Origin: a virus
Virus record (IMG/VR): IMGVR_UViG_3300031965_000005
Location: 1 to 64,000 of that record
Direction: 5' to 3' (one strand)
DNA: 64,000 nucleotides
Shown here: positions 44,508 to 53,350 of the stretch, in pieces
Layout: every line of letters begins with the position of its first letter
Position numbering within the stretch: position 1 is the stretch's first letter
The notes under the pieces: model-generated
What the model was told of the DNA's origin: nothing
What the model saw: the letters and a program-made list of their open reading frames with translations, nothing else
Database searches by the model: none
Position numbers and translations under genes: made by a program

Positions 44508-44751
44508 ATTGCTCTCTCACAATTTTCGCCATCCATCTAACAAAAACACCAACAAACATTTGACATACACCATGGGCGTTATCACAATTACATTGACTTC
44601 TATGATCTCTCAAGATCGCTTCTGCCATAGCTCTTAGATCATCCTTGGAGATTCGCTTATACAGTCCGCCATTCTCTTGGACGAATTTCTTTGCCCAAGT
44701 TGTCTTGCCGGAAGCGGGTAATCCCTTGAGAATGATAACTTTTTGGCTCAT
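44485..44751 (-). CDS. P-loop kinase-like stub (polynucleotide-kinase-like N-terminus only)
   Basis: 88 aa. VIILKGLPASGKTTWAKKFVQENGGLYKRISKDDLR parallels the T4 Pnk kinase N-terminus. The remainder is Cys/His-rich and unrelated. Confidence 0.45.
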   Translation of the reverse strand: MSQKVIILKGLPASGKTTWAKKFVQENGGLYKRISKDDLRAMAEAILRDHRSQCNCDNAHGVCQMFVGVFVRWMAKIVREQYDKQTLF

Positions 44752-44894
44752 TTATTTGTCAGATTCTCACATAACATACAAAAGGTGATTCCAATACAAA
44801 ATCCAAACGCCGCCGCATTGAATATAAAACCTTGAAGCATAAACGGAATGTTCACGGCGGCTATAAGAAGATTTATTGCAATGCCTATCCACAT
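44748..44894 (-). CDS. 48-aa two-TM peptide (below track cutoff)
   Basis: GGAGGTG RBS. My translation is MWIGIAINLLIAAVNIPFMLQGFIFNAAAFGFCIGITFCML.... ATGA overlap. Confidence 0.4.
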   Translation of the reverse strand: MWIGIAINLLIAAVNIPFMLQGFIFNAAAFGFCIGITFCMLCENLTNK

Positions 44895-44916
44895 ATTTTC
44901 ACCTCCTACACTGATT

Positions 44917-45123
44917 TTACTTTTCCGCTCTGGTGACCTCTACCTCCAACCTACCAGTCCCTCTATCAAAATTCTTGCAAATCTCCTTTAACTGCTGGAC
45001 AACATTCTGACACAACTTATCCATCTCCACTTCATACTTAGAAGCGTCATCAACTGCCACTGAGATCCTCATGGTATAATCCCGAAATTTCCTCTGCAAC
45101 GCTGGCTGCGCCGTATCACTCAT
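44917..45123 (-). CDS. hypothetical protein
   Basis: Start trimmed to MSDTAQPALQ, with AGGAGG 6 nt upstream. Confidence 0.4.
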   Translation of the reverse strand: MSDTAQPALQRKFRDYTMRISVAVDDASKYEVEMDKLCQNVVQQLKEICKNFDRGTGRLEVEVTRAEK

Positions 45124-45241
45124 TGTGTGCCTCCTATGCCCCCAAAGGTTAGTAACAATACTCCACAAACCAAATGCTCTAAACTGTCTCCATACGTCCC
45201 CACTACAACAAAGATAAAGCCAGCCACCAACGACAGCACGA

Positions 45242-45616
45242 TCATGGTAATACTTTTGACTTCCTAATAATGCACCATGCACCCGAAGAAAGATTCTGGG
45301 GCTTCGTACTAGATTCGAGTATCTCTTTATATCCTTCTTTAACCAGCCTGGCACAAGATCTTTTATACAGATATTCGTAATCAGATTGCTCCAAACGCCC
45401 GTTTAATACCTTAATGACTTGACAGTTCATATGGAAAGTGCCATCGAAATATTGGTAATCCAATATTCCATTATGAATATACCCTGCACCAGAGAGCTCT
45501 TTGAGATAACAGTTAAGAACAAATACATAATCAAAGTTAAGTTCACCAACATCAAATATCCACTCTATAAACTTTCCATCGCGCCGCCAAGGACTCGTAC
45601 CATTAATTCTAATCAT
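45242..45616 (-). CDS. hypothetical protein with WCIIRKSK C-terminal motif
   Basis: 124 aa. Confidence 0.5.
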   Translation of the reverse strand: MIRINGTSPWRRDGKFIEWIFDVGELNFDYVFVLNCYLKELSGAGYIHNGILDYQYFDGTFHMNCQVIKVLNGRLEQSDYEYLYKRSCARLVKEGYKEILESSTKPQNLSSGAWCIIRKSKVLP

Positions 45617-46613
45617 TGCACATAATCTCTCTCGCTAATGCTGCCGTTTCTTTTTTCTCTTCCTCCGATATATCCTCTAATTTTGATAAATACAACATCA
45701 AAGCATCATCTGGTCGAACTGATTCGTTAACATTTTTATCCCTTTTGACAGCTTCGCGGATAACATCATATTGGATTATCAACTCCTTGCATCTCTCCTG
45801 CAAGACTTCCTTTACTTTAGATTCATTAACTTTCTGAATCTGCTCTGGAGTTCCATGGTATATTACTTTGACAATAGCACCTTCTGCTTGGGCTTTATTA
45901 ATTACTGGCGCGGGTTTATTTAAGTCTATGTCAATTTGAATCATCGGTCTAGTCTTTATGGGGACAAATTCCCAAGATAACTCATTTGTCGGGTCACAAT
46001 CTAAGATTATTACCCCTTTGGGATCGTTTCTTTCTGAGAAGTCGGTATGCTCGATCCCCCCTGCGTATACCACTAGAGGATCTTCTAACAATAATTGGTG
46101 TTTATGAACGTCCCCTAACATATACACATCAAATTTGGGATATTGATTTATTAACTCTTCGACACTCATAGCGTCCGGCACTTGATAATTCGTTGCTCCT
46201 ATCTTTGCCTCTCGAAGAAGCATATGACCCAAAAATAATCTCTCCCCTGTCATAGATTCATAGAAGAACGGGTTGTCTAAAATTTTCACATTCTCTTCTA
46301 TGGTTAAACTCTCATATTCAACGAAATTATGTGCCCCATCGGGGAATACATCATGATTTCCTTTCAATACTAGTATTTCGTTAATACCATTCTTACTCAG
46401 ATTCTTAATCCAATCAGCAAAAGCTTTCCGTTCGCTAGGATGTGGTCTTCTGCTAGTATAGATATCTCCTAAAATAACAACATGGTCTACACTATGACTT
46501 TGTGCCAATAAAGATATCTGAGACAAAGCCGCAACCGTATCATCCATACGACGATTGATATTGAGATGTATATCAGATAGGCAAAGATATTTAGACATTA
46601 GTTTCGAGATCAC
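45609..46613 (-). CDS. sbcD: SbcD/Mre11-like nuclease
   Basis: Calcineurin-like phosphoesterase motifs: LSDIHLN, ILGDIYTSRRP, LKGNHD, LGHM, GDVHKHQ. Confidence 0.8.
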   Translation of the reverse strand: MISKLMSKYLCLSDIHLNINRRMDDTVAALSQISLLAQSHSVDHVVILGDIYTSRRPHPSERKAFADWIKNLSKNGINEILVLKGNHDVFPDGAHNFVEYESLTIEENVKILDNPFFYESMTGERLFLGHMLLREAKIGATNYQVPDAMSVEELINQYPKFDVYMLGDVHKHQLLLEDPLVVYAGGIEHTDFSERNDPKGVIILDCDPTNELSWEFVPIKTRPMIQIDIDLNKPAPVINKAQAEGAIVKVIYHGTPEQIQKVNESKVKEVLQERCKELIIQYDVIREAVKRDKNVNESVRPDDALMLYLSKLEDISEEEKKETAALAREIMCND

Positions 46614-46623
46614 ATTCTCTATT

Positions 46624-46842
46624 TCATGCTTCGTCCATTATAGTGATCTTATCCCACTTCTTTAGACTTCCCTTAGGAAATCTGATCACCCCATATTCCT
46701 CAAGTCGATGCTCATCTACATATCCCTCGATTCGATAATCATCGATAAACTGCAGCAGTCCGTTAAGAAACACCATAAATGACGGACGTACTCTATATTT
46801 TCGATATCTACCACCACTATATAGATGTTCACGTATCCGCAT
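46624..46842 (-). CDS. hypothetical protein
   Basis: 72 aa. Confidence 0.5.
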   Translation of the reverse strand: MRIREHLYSGGRYRKYRVRPSFMVFLNGLLQFIDDYRIEGYVDEHRLEEYGVIRFPKGSLKKWDKITIMDEA

Positions 46843-47608
46843 TACCTATTCCTCCTCCATCCCTCCGCATTTTTTTAGATGCTTCATCCAATTTCTTGTC
46901 TATATCTGCTTGAGCTAATAGACCCTCCAAATCGCTATCATCAATTTTCTGAGTAATTGAACCCACGCGGAACTTTAAATAATCTACGACTCTCTTTCTC
47001 AATTCGGTGTCACCCTCACCAGCCTTACGCTTCATTCCTACCAAACCAACTAAATCATCTAATTTCCCACCTTCAGAATCGAAGAACTCACCGCTCTCAC
47101 CTCCAATAAAAATCTCATAGAAGGTAGAATCAGATATTTGCTTTCTCAGCAGATCATCAATTGCCTTTGGCTCTGAAGAGACATTGACTTCCATTATAGC
47201 TTTTGGTGTCATAGATTCGCCTACAGAGCCGCCATATATTATCTTGATCTCTTGCTGAGCCCTAATATAACAAGGAACATTTCGTATCCTAACAAGAATC
47301 AAAATTTCTCCATTTTTCACTACAGAATCAAATAGTCTAGGCACTACTTCCAACTTCAACACAAAGGGTACAAAGTCGGAAGGTAATGATCCTTCCTTTA
47401 ATCCAGGGGTGAAGTAGTTCCCCTTGCCCTCCACATCCTTTATCTCCAACTCAAATTTGTCATCGCCTGATATAAGCAACACCGGACTGACTATTTTATA
47501 GGGAACTTTATTATAGTCAAGACTTCGATAACGCAACAAGTTAATTACTTCCTTCTCGGAAAGATCGAGAACATTTCGAACGGTTTTGTCAGTGATAACG
47601 ATTTTCAT
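46829..47608 (-). CDS. hypothetical protein
   Basis: 259 aa with no recognised motif. Confidence 0.55.
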   Translation of the reverse strand: MKIVITDKTVRNVLDLSEKEVINLLRYRSLDYNKVPYKIVSPVLLISGDDKFELEIKDVEGKGNYFTPGLKEGSLPSDFVPFVLKLEVVPRLFDSVVKNGEILILVRIRNVPCYIRAQQEIKIIYGGSVGESMTPKAIMEVNVSSEPKAIDDLLRKQISDSTFYEIFIGGESGEFFDSEGGKLDDLVGLVGMKRKAGEGDTELRKRVVDYLKFRVGSITQKIDDSDLEGLLAQADIDKKLDEASKKMRRDGGGIGNADT

Positions 47609-47832
47609 CTTGCCACCTTAGATTTCCGAACTATAGACCATGCTGGAGATTTTTTAAAAACTAAAGTTTCTACATCGTATGGTTGCCCAAATGCCTCATT
47701 TATGCTACAAACCTCCAATGGACTTAGAAGGCGTCTATAACGTGCTACTTCAACGCCATCCATAAACACGCCCGTTTCTTGATCCTCAAAATTAAAAGCA
47801 TACGATATGATTACACTAGGAATTTGAGCCAT
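47605..47832 (-). CDS. hypothetical protein with WSIVRKSK C-terminal motif
   Basis: 75 aa. Confidence 0.5.
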   Translation of the reverse strand: MAQIPSVIISYAFNFEDQETGVFMDGVEVARYRRLLSPLEVCSINEAFGQPYDVETLVFKKSPAWSIVRKSKVAR

Positions 47833-48157
47833 CGCGGTTCGGCACAGTAATGCGCCGCCTCTCCATATCTTTCATAAATTCAATCATCTCTTCCATCATA
47901 TCTTGATATTTCTCTATTTCACCCTCTAGATCGGCGATATCTTTCTTAATTTGCTCCCGCTCTGTTTCACTAGTGGCCTCACGCAGTTTTTTTCTTAGCC
48001 TCTCCAAGGCTTTGATGTGGTCTTCTAATTTCTTTTTTACATCACCATATAGATCCTCTGTCCGTCGTTTCAATTCTTCATTGCCACCAGAAGAAGACTG
48101 TTTAGATTCTTCTTTAATTACTTCAAACATTCTCATCTTCATCTCGCAACATGGCAT
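47816..48157 (-). CDS. Glu/Lys-rich coiled-coil protein
   Basis: Start trimmed to MPCCEMKMRMF, with a GGGAG RBS just past the upstream stop at 48163. Confidence 0.45.
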   Translation of the reverse strand: MPCCEMKMRMFEVIKEESKQSSSGGNEELKRRTEDLYGDVKKKLEDHIKALERLRKKLREATSETEREQIKKDIADLEGEIEKYQDMMEEMIEFMKDMERRRITVPNRDGSNS

Positions 48158-48162
48158 TTTCG

Positions 48163-48408
48163 CTATCTCCCAATGGTATATCCTTTGGACAACCTTACTC
48201 TCACCGACTTGATCTTCTTGGGATCGCCCCCATATCGCATATAGGCTCGTCCACCATCTATAAATGTTGCGCCGCAACCACAGCTTCTAAAATCGTGCCG
48301 ATCAAGTGACACAACAATTTCTTCACATTTCAAGCATTGAAGGCCACCGTGCACCAAACTCCACTCGTCTACTTTATTTTTCTTATCTAAAGTTTTTGTT
48401 TTTCTCAT
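48163..48408 (-). CDS. small zinc-binding protein
   Basis: 81 aa with CLKCEE...HDFRSCGCG. Confidence 0.5.
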   Translation of the reverse strand: MRKTKTLDKKNKVDEWSLVHGGLQCLKCEEIVVSLDRHDFRSCGCGATFIDGGRAYMRYGGDPKKIKSVRVRLSKGYTIGR

Positions 48409-48701
48409 TTTCGAAAGATACCTTTCCCTTTCTTAGCTTGTTCTCGCGTATCGAGCTCAGTTACAATTGAGCGAACTATATTGTTGATCAGTAAATTCTG
48501 AGAGGCCATATGTACCATATGCTCTAATTGCCCATTCTTCTTGATATTGGCGTTGGGAAACATAGAAAAGTCATTAGTGACTGGATCTAACACTAAAGTC
48601 AATGCCCATAGCCTCTTCTGACGTTCTTCCGCTTCCAATTGCTCTTTCGTCTTATCTTCTACCCGTTCTTTTTCTACTCGCTCAGCAAATTCATCACTCA
48701 T
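48405..48701 (-). CDS. hypothetical protein
   Basis: 98 aa. Confidence 0.5.
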   Translation of the reverse strand: MSDEFAERVEKERVEDKTKEQLEAEERQKRLWALTLVLDPVTNDFSMFPNANIKKNGQLEHMVHMASQNLLINNIVRSIVTELDTREQAKKGKGIFRK

Positions 48702-49489
48702 TCCCCAATCCTCCTTTTAGCCTTCCTATGTTGTCTAACTCTCTCATAATTGTTCAATGTCGCCAATATCAACCTAGCTCCACCTGCTGTTCTGTTAGTC
48801 CCATAGGTCTTTCCTGGGATTTCTAATGTGATCGAATATGGAGCCCCTCTCTTTTCGAACATATTTTCCTCAATAGTATGCTCCTTTTTACTAGTAACGA
48901 CTCCCCCTTCACATTTCTCTTTATAGACTGTCTGTGCATCGTAGATATCAAAGTAATTTAATACATCATTCAACGCCAAAGCCGCCAACGATGGAGAATC
49001 CGGCAATTTTCTTTCGTATGCATAGACTTCATACCTATCAACATCACCATGTACATCTACAAATAGATCTATCTTAGGCGGTATATTTTTGAATATCAAA
49101 CTCAATTCATTTGTTGGCCTTAATCCTACTTTCCAATTACTTCCTTTTCTCTCGCCGTTGAGTCTAGAGGAATAGGAGTAGCCAAAAGGATTGGCACAAG
49201 GAAAAATCCAGAGGTTAAACATATCAGTGTCTATATCATTTAAAGCGTAGAGTAAAGAATCAATACCATACCACTCGTCACCATGAAATCCCGCAGTAAT
49301 GACCGCATTGTATTTAGCTGTCTTTTCCTCACTTCTCAACAATAAGAAGGGATATCCCTCTCGATTCGCGCCATACACTAAAGTGGATAGTATTTTCACA
49401 GAAAAATCGGCCTTGGCTGCTTCAGCTAATATAACATTGACTAATTTCAAATAATCTTTGGGTTGCTGTTGATTAATGTCTTTAGTCAT
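48698..49489 (-). CDS. M14-type zinc carboxypeptidase-like protein (AstE/AspA or MpaA-like)
   Basis: 263 aa. Zn ligand contexts AGFHGDEWYG and VDVHGD, with a distal YSITLEIPG glutamate. Confidence 0.55.
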   Translation of the reverse strand: MTKDINQQQPKDYLKLVNVILAEAAKADFSVKILSTLVYGANREGYPFLLLRSEEKTAKYNAVITAGFHGDEWYGIDSLLYALNDIDTDMFNLWIFPCANPFGYSYSSRLNGERKGSNWKVGLRPTNELSLIFKNIPPKIDLFVDVHGDVDRYEVYAYERKLPDSPSLAALALNDVLNYFDIYDAQTVYKEKCEGGVVTSKKEHTIEENMFEKRGAPYSITLEIPGKTYGTNRTAGGARLILATLNNYERVRQHRKAKRRIGE

Positions 49490-49796
49490 GATCGCAATAG
49501 TCGTACCTTATGTAGTAGTTCTTGCCACCCATCTGTAACATAAACAGCGGTGCTTTGCCCCTTTTCGTAGCGGAAATTTGCAAAGCCTCTAAGTCCTCTA
49601 GATTAAGCTTAAAGCTCTTTTTGGTTGTCGTTTTGACCTGGACTAAATGAGTATCAGTCTCAATATCTTCCTTGAAAAAGGGAAGAGAACCAGAAGCTAG
49701 TTGAGCTCTGCCGCCAATCTTCTTGGCTAGCTTCTTCTCAAAGCGCCTTCCCTTTTCTTGAGGAGTTTTGTCTTTTAACCACCTAGGAATGGTCAT
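49482..49796 (-). CDS. small PD-(D/E)xK-like nuclease (possible junction resolvase)
   Basis: 104 aa. ...FKEDIETDTHLVQVKTT... fits a D...(E/Q)xK layout. Weak call. Confidence 0.35.
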   Translation of the reverse strand: MTIPRWLKDKTPQEKGRRFEKKLAKKIGGRAQLASGSLPFFKEDIETDTHLVQVKTTTKKSFKLNLEDLEALQISATKRGKAPLFMLQMGGKNYYIRYDYCDHD

Positions 49797-50184
49797 ATTT
49801 AGCCTTCAATCTTACTAATTCCTGACGTTCTTGCAATTCCAAATTCTTGTTTTCCCTCTGACGATATCTATCTACGGCTTTCTGTTGTCTCTCTAAAGCA
49901 TTACTGTATCTTTTCGCTTCGTCATCAGTTATAATATCCAGATTTACTAGGATATCAAGTTCATAAATTTGAGGTAATGTCTCTCTTATAGCTAAATTGT
50001 CGTCGGAGTCAGTTACATCCAAAATACAAAATGAGCCATCAGTAAATTTAAACACCAACATACCAGCACGATTGGAATTTATTATATCAATAGTCTTCCC
50101 AAGTAACCAGTCAAAAGTACGTACCTGCAATTCGTCAATTTTGTCTTCCACTTCCCAACCAGAGTTAGGGTTATGCATTTTCAT
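49783..50184 (-). CDS. hypothetical protein
   Basis: 133 aa. Confidence 0.5.
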   Translation of the reverse strand: MKMHNPNSGWEVEDKIDELQVRTFDWLLGKTIDIINSNRAGMLVFKFTDGSFCILDVTDSDDNLAIRETLPQIYELDILVNLDIITDDEAKRYSNALERQQKAVDRYRQRENKNLELQERQELVRLKAKYDHS

Positions 50185-50354
50185 CTCTTGCTAGGATCTT
50201 GGCCATGCACTAACATGTAAGACAGTATCCATAAGCCATACATCTTCCAATAAGTAATTTTCGGAATTGCTGGAAATAGCTCAGTTAAAGACGCGTTCCA
50301 TGCCCACATAGCAAGAGCTACCGCCACAAATGATGCTAAAAAGTAAGTAATCAT
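50181..50354 (-). CDS. 57-aa two-TM peptide (below track cutoff)
   Basis: ATGA overlaps at both ends. My translation is MITYFLASFVAVALAMWAW...LWILSYMLVHG.... Confidence 0.4.
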   Translation of the reverse strand: MITYFLASFVAVALAMWAWNASLTELFPAIPKITYWKMYGLWILSYMLVHGQDPSKR

Positions 50355-50776
50355 TTGATTCCATACGCTCTATCTAAGATCGCATTGGCTTCTTCTAATG
50401 CCATCTTGGGGAAAGGCTTGTCATATTTAATTATACTTACACCATATTCGAGAATCCCGTACCCAAATTCATTATCCCCTAATATTTCTTTCTCTAACTC
50501 AAAAGCTCGATCGAGAGCTTCATCTAAAGTGTGGTGCATTGGGGCACTTCCATAATAATAGACTCTGTAAGCGTCTGTCACTTTCTTAGGAGTTTTATTG
50601 TCGTAATCGCAATTCTCTATGGCCTGAGCGTGAATAACATGATAAATATATTCCGTCTTATCTTTAGCAATTAGCATACAGTGTCTGGAATGCTCCTCCA
50701 AATAACGCCAACCATCACACTTACCACACCGCCACCGTAAAAACCTTCCTATATAAATGCCATTGTCGGCACTCAT
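50351..50776 (-). CDS. hypothetical protein
   Basis: 141 aa. Confidence 0.5.
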   Translation of the reverse strand: MSADNGIYIGRFLRWRCGKCDGWRYLEEHSRHCMLIAKDKTEYIYHVIHAQAIENCDYDNKTPKKVTDAYRVYYYGSAPMHHTLDEALDRAFELEKEILGDNEFGYGILEYGVSIIKYDKPFPKMALEEANAILDRAYGIK

Positions 50777-51252
50777 TTTGTTTCCAATAGTTCTGGATTC
50801 TCATAAATGTTACCAATGACTGCAATACGAGCGCGTCCCCATTGAAATTCTCCATCATACCTTGATAAATGTACTTCCGTAAGATCTAAATTTTTCCTAC
50901 CAATCGGTTCTACAATCCCCTTTTTAATTTGACATATATCAAATCCTGCCGATTGCCATATTACTGTTCCCTTCGGAGTTTCTCGAACAATGCCCTCGCC
51001 ATCCCAAATAGTTTGACCAACTACACATTCTTCAACTATATCACTTTCATAAATTTCTTTACCATCGCGGTCAAGAAGTCCAGTAAACTGCATAATGACA
51101 TAATCATCTTGATCAAGAAGCTCAGGCGAACCAAATCCATACTGCCAATGCCAATATAGTAGCCCATCAAATGAGTCAATAATGAAATTGTGTTCTTGGC
51201 GCATTACTCTGCGCTTCTTGTCCCAAATTTTATACCTGATCACCCGACTCAT
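50773..51252 (-). CDS. YopX-family protein
   Basis: 159 aa. Contains KIWDKK..., QFTGLLDRDGKEIYESDIV and a C-terminal IGNIYENPELLE. Confidence 0.7.
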   Translation of the reverse strand: MSRVIRYKIWDKKRRVMRQEHNFIIDSFDGLLYWHWQYGFGSPELLDQDDYVIMQFTGLLDRDGKEIYESDIVEECVVGQTIWDGEGIVRETPKGTVIWQSAGFDICQIKKGIVEPIGRKNLDLTEVHLSRYDGEFQWGRARIAVIGNIYENPELLETK

Positions 51253-51578
51253 CTGTTATCTCCACTACCACCAAGTTTTCCTCTTCTCTGTCTGGATTGC
51301 AGTTTGCAAAGATTTTCCAAAGCTATATCTCCAAGACTCACGCCTAATTCGGTAGCTAATTGACTCAAGTACCACAAAACATCGCCCATTTCGGAAACCA
51401 ATTCGTTCGTTTCAGAAACACCGAAATTTCCACTTTTGTCTCTCATAACCTTCTTCACCTTCTCGGCGACCTCTCCAGCCTCGCCGCACAATCCAAGAGC
51501 ACAATATGGAATGCTAGTATTCTTAGGATAAAAAGCCGTATTTTTACTCTCCTGTTGATATTCATAAAATCCAAGCAT
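51249..51578 (-). CDS. mazG: MazG-like nucleotide pyrophosphohydrolase
   Basis: 109 aa. Contains GLCGEAGEVAEKVKK and EMGDVLWYLSQLA. Confidence 0.75.
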   Translation of the reverse strand: MLGFYEYQQESKNTAFYPKNTSIPYCALGLCGEAGEVAEKVKKVMRDKSGNFGVSETNELVSEMGDVLWYLSQLATELGVSLGDIALENLCKLQSRQRRGKLGGSGDNR

Positions 51579-51579
51579 A

Positions 51580-51783
51580 TTAGTTCTCGTTAGTCAGCAA
51601 TATTCCTTCATTACTACACTCAACCACACCCGCCAAATACAGAACTCCATCCTCAGGCCAAGTGATAGGCATAATATCGCTCCACGAAAGATTCTTGGCT
51701 TTGCTGAAAGCCTCTTCTAATGAATCAGCCTCAATTTCTACACTAGTCTGCACCCTAGCATTCACCGTAGCTGAATATCTCAT
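51580..51783 (-). CDS. hypothetical protein
   Basis: 67 aa. Confidence 0.5.
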   Translation of the reverse strand: MRYSATVNARVQTSVEIEADSLEEAFSKAKNLSWSDIMPITWPEDGVLYLAGVVECSNEGILLTNEN

Positions 51784-51786
51784 ACT

Positions 51787-52815
51787 CTACCTCCTAGCTA
51801 GCTCCAATATCTCAGATTGCAGCTTCTCGGCCAATTTACCCCCGTCCTGCAACAAAACTGCAGCAAACGCCTCTTTCCCCGAAGCTTTGATAGATTCATA
51901 TTTATACATACTACCGCTCAATGTAACAAGATTAAACAGCTTTCCATATCTTACCAGTTCTTCGGTAGTGTCTATCTGCCCCTTCTTCTGTCCGGCAAAA
52001 TAAAATATAAACTCTGATTCTCGAAATGGCGGAAAAGTTTTGTTCTTCTCAGTACGAAACCGTACGGTATAGCCTATCTTTGCTTTGTCACCGTTGGGAT
52101 ATAATTCACCTTCTACCCATTCTCCTTTAGCAAACCGAACCCGAATCGATGATGCAAATTTGATGCCCTCTCCGCCAGTAGTGGTCTCAGGACTTCCATA
52201 TATAACTCCCACCTTATTACGTATCTGATTGATTAGAAGAATGGCGCAGTTGTTCCACTGACTTTCTTCATCATAAGTATTTAGTGCCGAATACAATCTA
52301 CGACATACTCTATTAACCAACAAAGCCCTAGTACCAATCTTTTCTGGATCATCGGCCATCGATTTTTCTAGTTCTAGTGAGGGCATCAGAGCAGCCACGC
52401 TATCCAATACAACCATCCCACATTCACCAGATCGAACTACTGCTTCCAAAGCATCAACCGCTTCTTCTCCGGTAGTTGGCTTGATCAAATCTAGGCTAGC
52501 CACATCTACCCCTAAGGCTTTGGCCCACTGAGGGTCAAAAGCCGATTCAGCATCGATCCAAACTACCCGCTTTCCCAACTTCTGTACATTTGCTGCAGTT
52601 TTCAGCGCCAGTGTTGTCTTACCAGATTGTTCCCGCCCGAAAAATTCAATAATCTTACCAAAAGGAATCCCACCACCAGTCTCAATATCTAAAGCCAAGC
52701 TGCCCGTCGAAACTCTAGATAGAGCCTCCATCTGTATTTCGCTGCCTTTGATAACGGCGCAACCATATTTTTTCTTAATTTGCTTTAAGACTTCATCTAA
52801 GTGGTTAGATGGCAT
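51787..52815 (-). CDS. recA: RecA-family recombinase
   Basis: 342 aa. Contains STGSLALDIETGGGIPFGKIIEFFGREQSGKTTLAL and VVLDSVAAL. Confidence 0.85.
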   Translation of the reverse strand: MPSNHLDEVLKQIKKKYGCAVIKGSEIQMEALSRVSTGSLALDIETGGGIPFGKIIEFFGREQSGKTTLALKTAANVQKLGKRVVWIDAESAFDPQWAKALGVDVASLDLIKPTTGEEAVDALEAVVRSGECGMVVLDSVAALMPSLELEKSMADDPEKIGTRALLVNRVCRRLYSALNTYDEESQWNNCAILLINQIRNKVGVIYGSPETTTGGEGIKFASSIRVRFAKGEWVEGELYPNGDKAKIGYTVRFRTEKNKTFPPFRESEFIFYFAGQKKGQIDTTEELVRYGKLFNLVTLSGSMYKYESIKASGKEAFAAVLLQDGGKLAEKLQSEILELARR

Positions 52816-53350
52816 GTTTATCTCCTAAGAGCTTCTTATATCCATACAGGGCTAAAACAGACGCATCGGCCATATTATCATCATCTATAGAATAATGAAA
52901 GCGATCGCATAGAAATTTCTTAATCTCATCTTTAGTAGCTGTTCCTTTACAACCTAAAAATTTTCTAGCGCTAGCTGCAGATATTACCAGCGGATCTATG
53001 TTATATCTCCGCGTATGCCACCACTCCCAAATTACTGCACCTGACAGTCTAGACAACAATTGCAATGTACGAACATTCTTATCGAAATAACAATCCTCTA
53101 TTACCACAATATTAGGATTATACTGCCTCATAATATCCCCGCATCTACTGGCTATATGACACAAGATGCCGAAATCGGTAGTTTGTTCTTTGGTTTCTTT
53201 TTTAGATCTAAACCCCTTTATAATTTTTAATTCGTCAATAGGCACTATGCATCCATTGTATAAATTGATGCCATTTTCAGTGGATTCCGATGATTCTGCT
53301 ACAGCCCAGCCAGTGGCGACGGAGGATATATCAATCCCTAAGACTCTCAT
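52805..53350 (-). CDS. ruvC: RuvC-like Holliday junction resolvase
   Basis: 181 aa. Contains MRVLGIDISSVATGWAV, VVIEDCYF and a C-terminal DDDNMADA. Confidence 0.75.
   Translation of the reverse strand: MRVLGIDISSVATGWAVAESSESTENGINLYNGCIVPIDELKIIKGFRSKKETKEQTTDFGILCHIASRCGDIMRQYNPNIVVIEDCYFDKNVRTLQLLSRLSGAVIWEWWHTRRYNIDPLVISAASARKFLGCKGTATKDEIKKFLCDRFHYSIDDDNMADASVLALYGYKKLLGDKHAI

Noticed and set aside
44322-44751. Polynucleotide kinase pseudogene split by a frameshift
   Set aside because: I translated the other two minus-strand frames downstream of the Walker A region and both hit stops within a few codons. No kinase- or phosphatase-like sequence continues, so this is a short stand-alone ORF, not a simple frameshifted Pnk.
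51249-51578. 2-aminoadenine (Z-base) genome pathway suggested by MazG plus PolA
   Set aside because: The diagnostic PurZ (adenylosuccinate-synthetase-like) and DatZ (HD dATPase) genes are not present in the window. MazG alone is common in phages.
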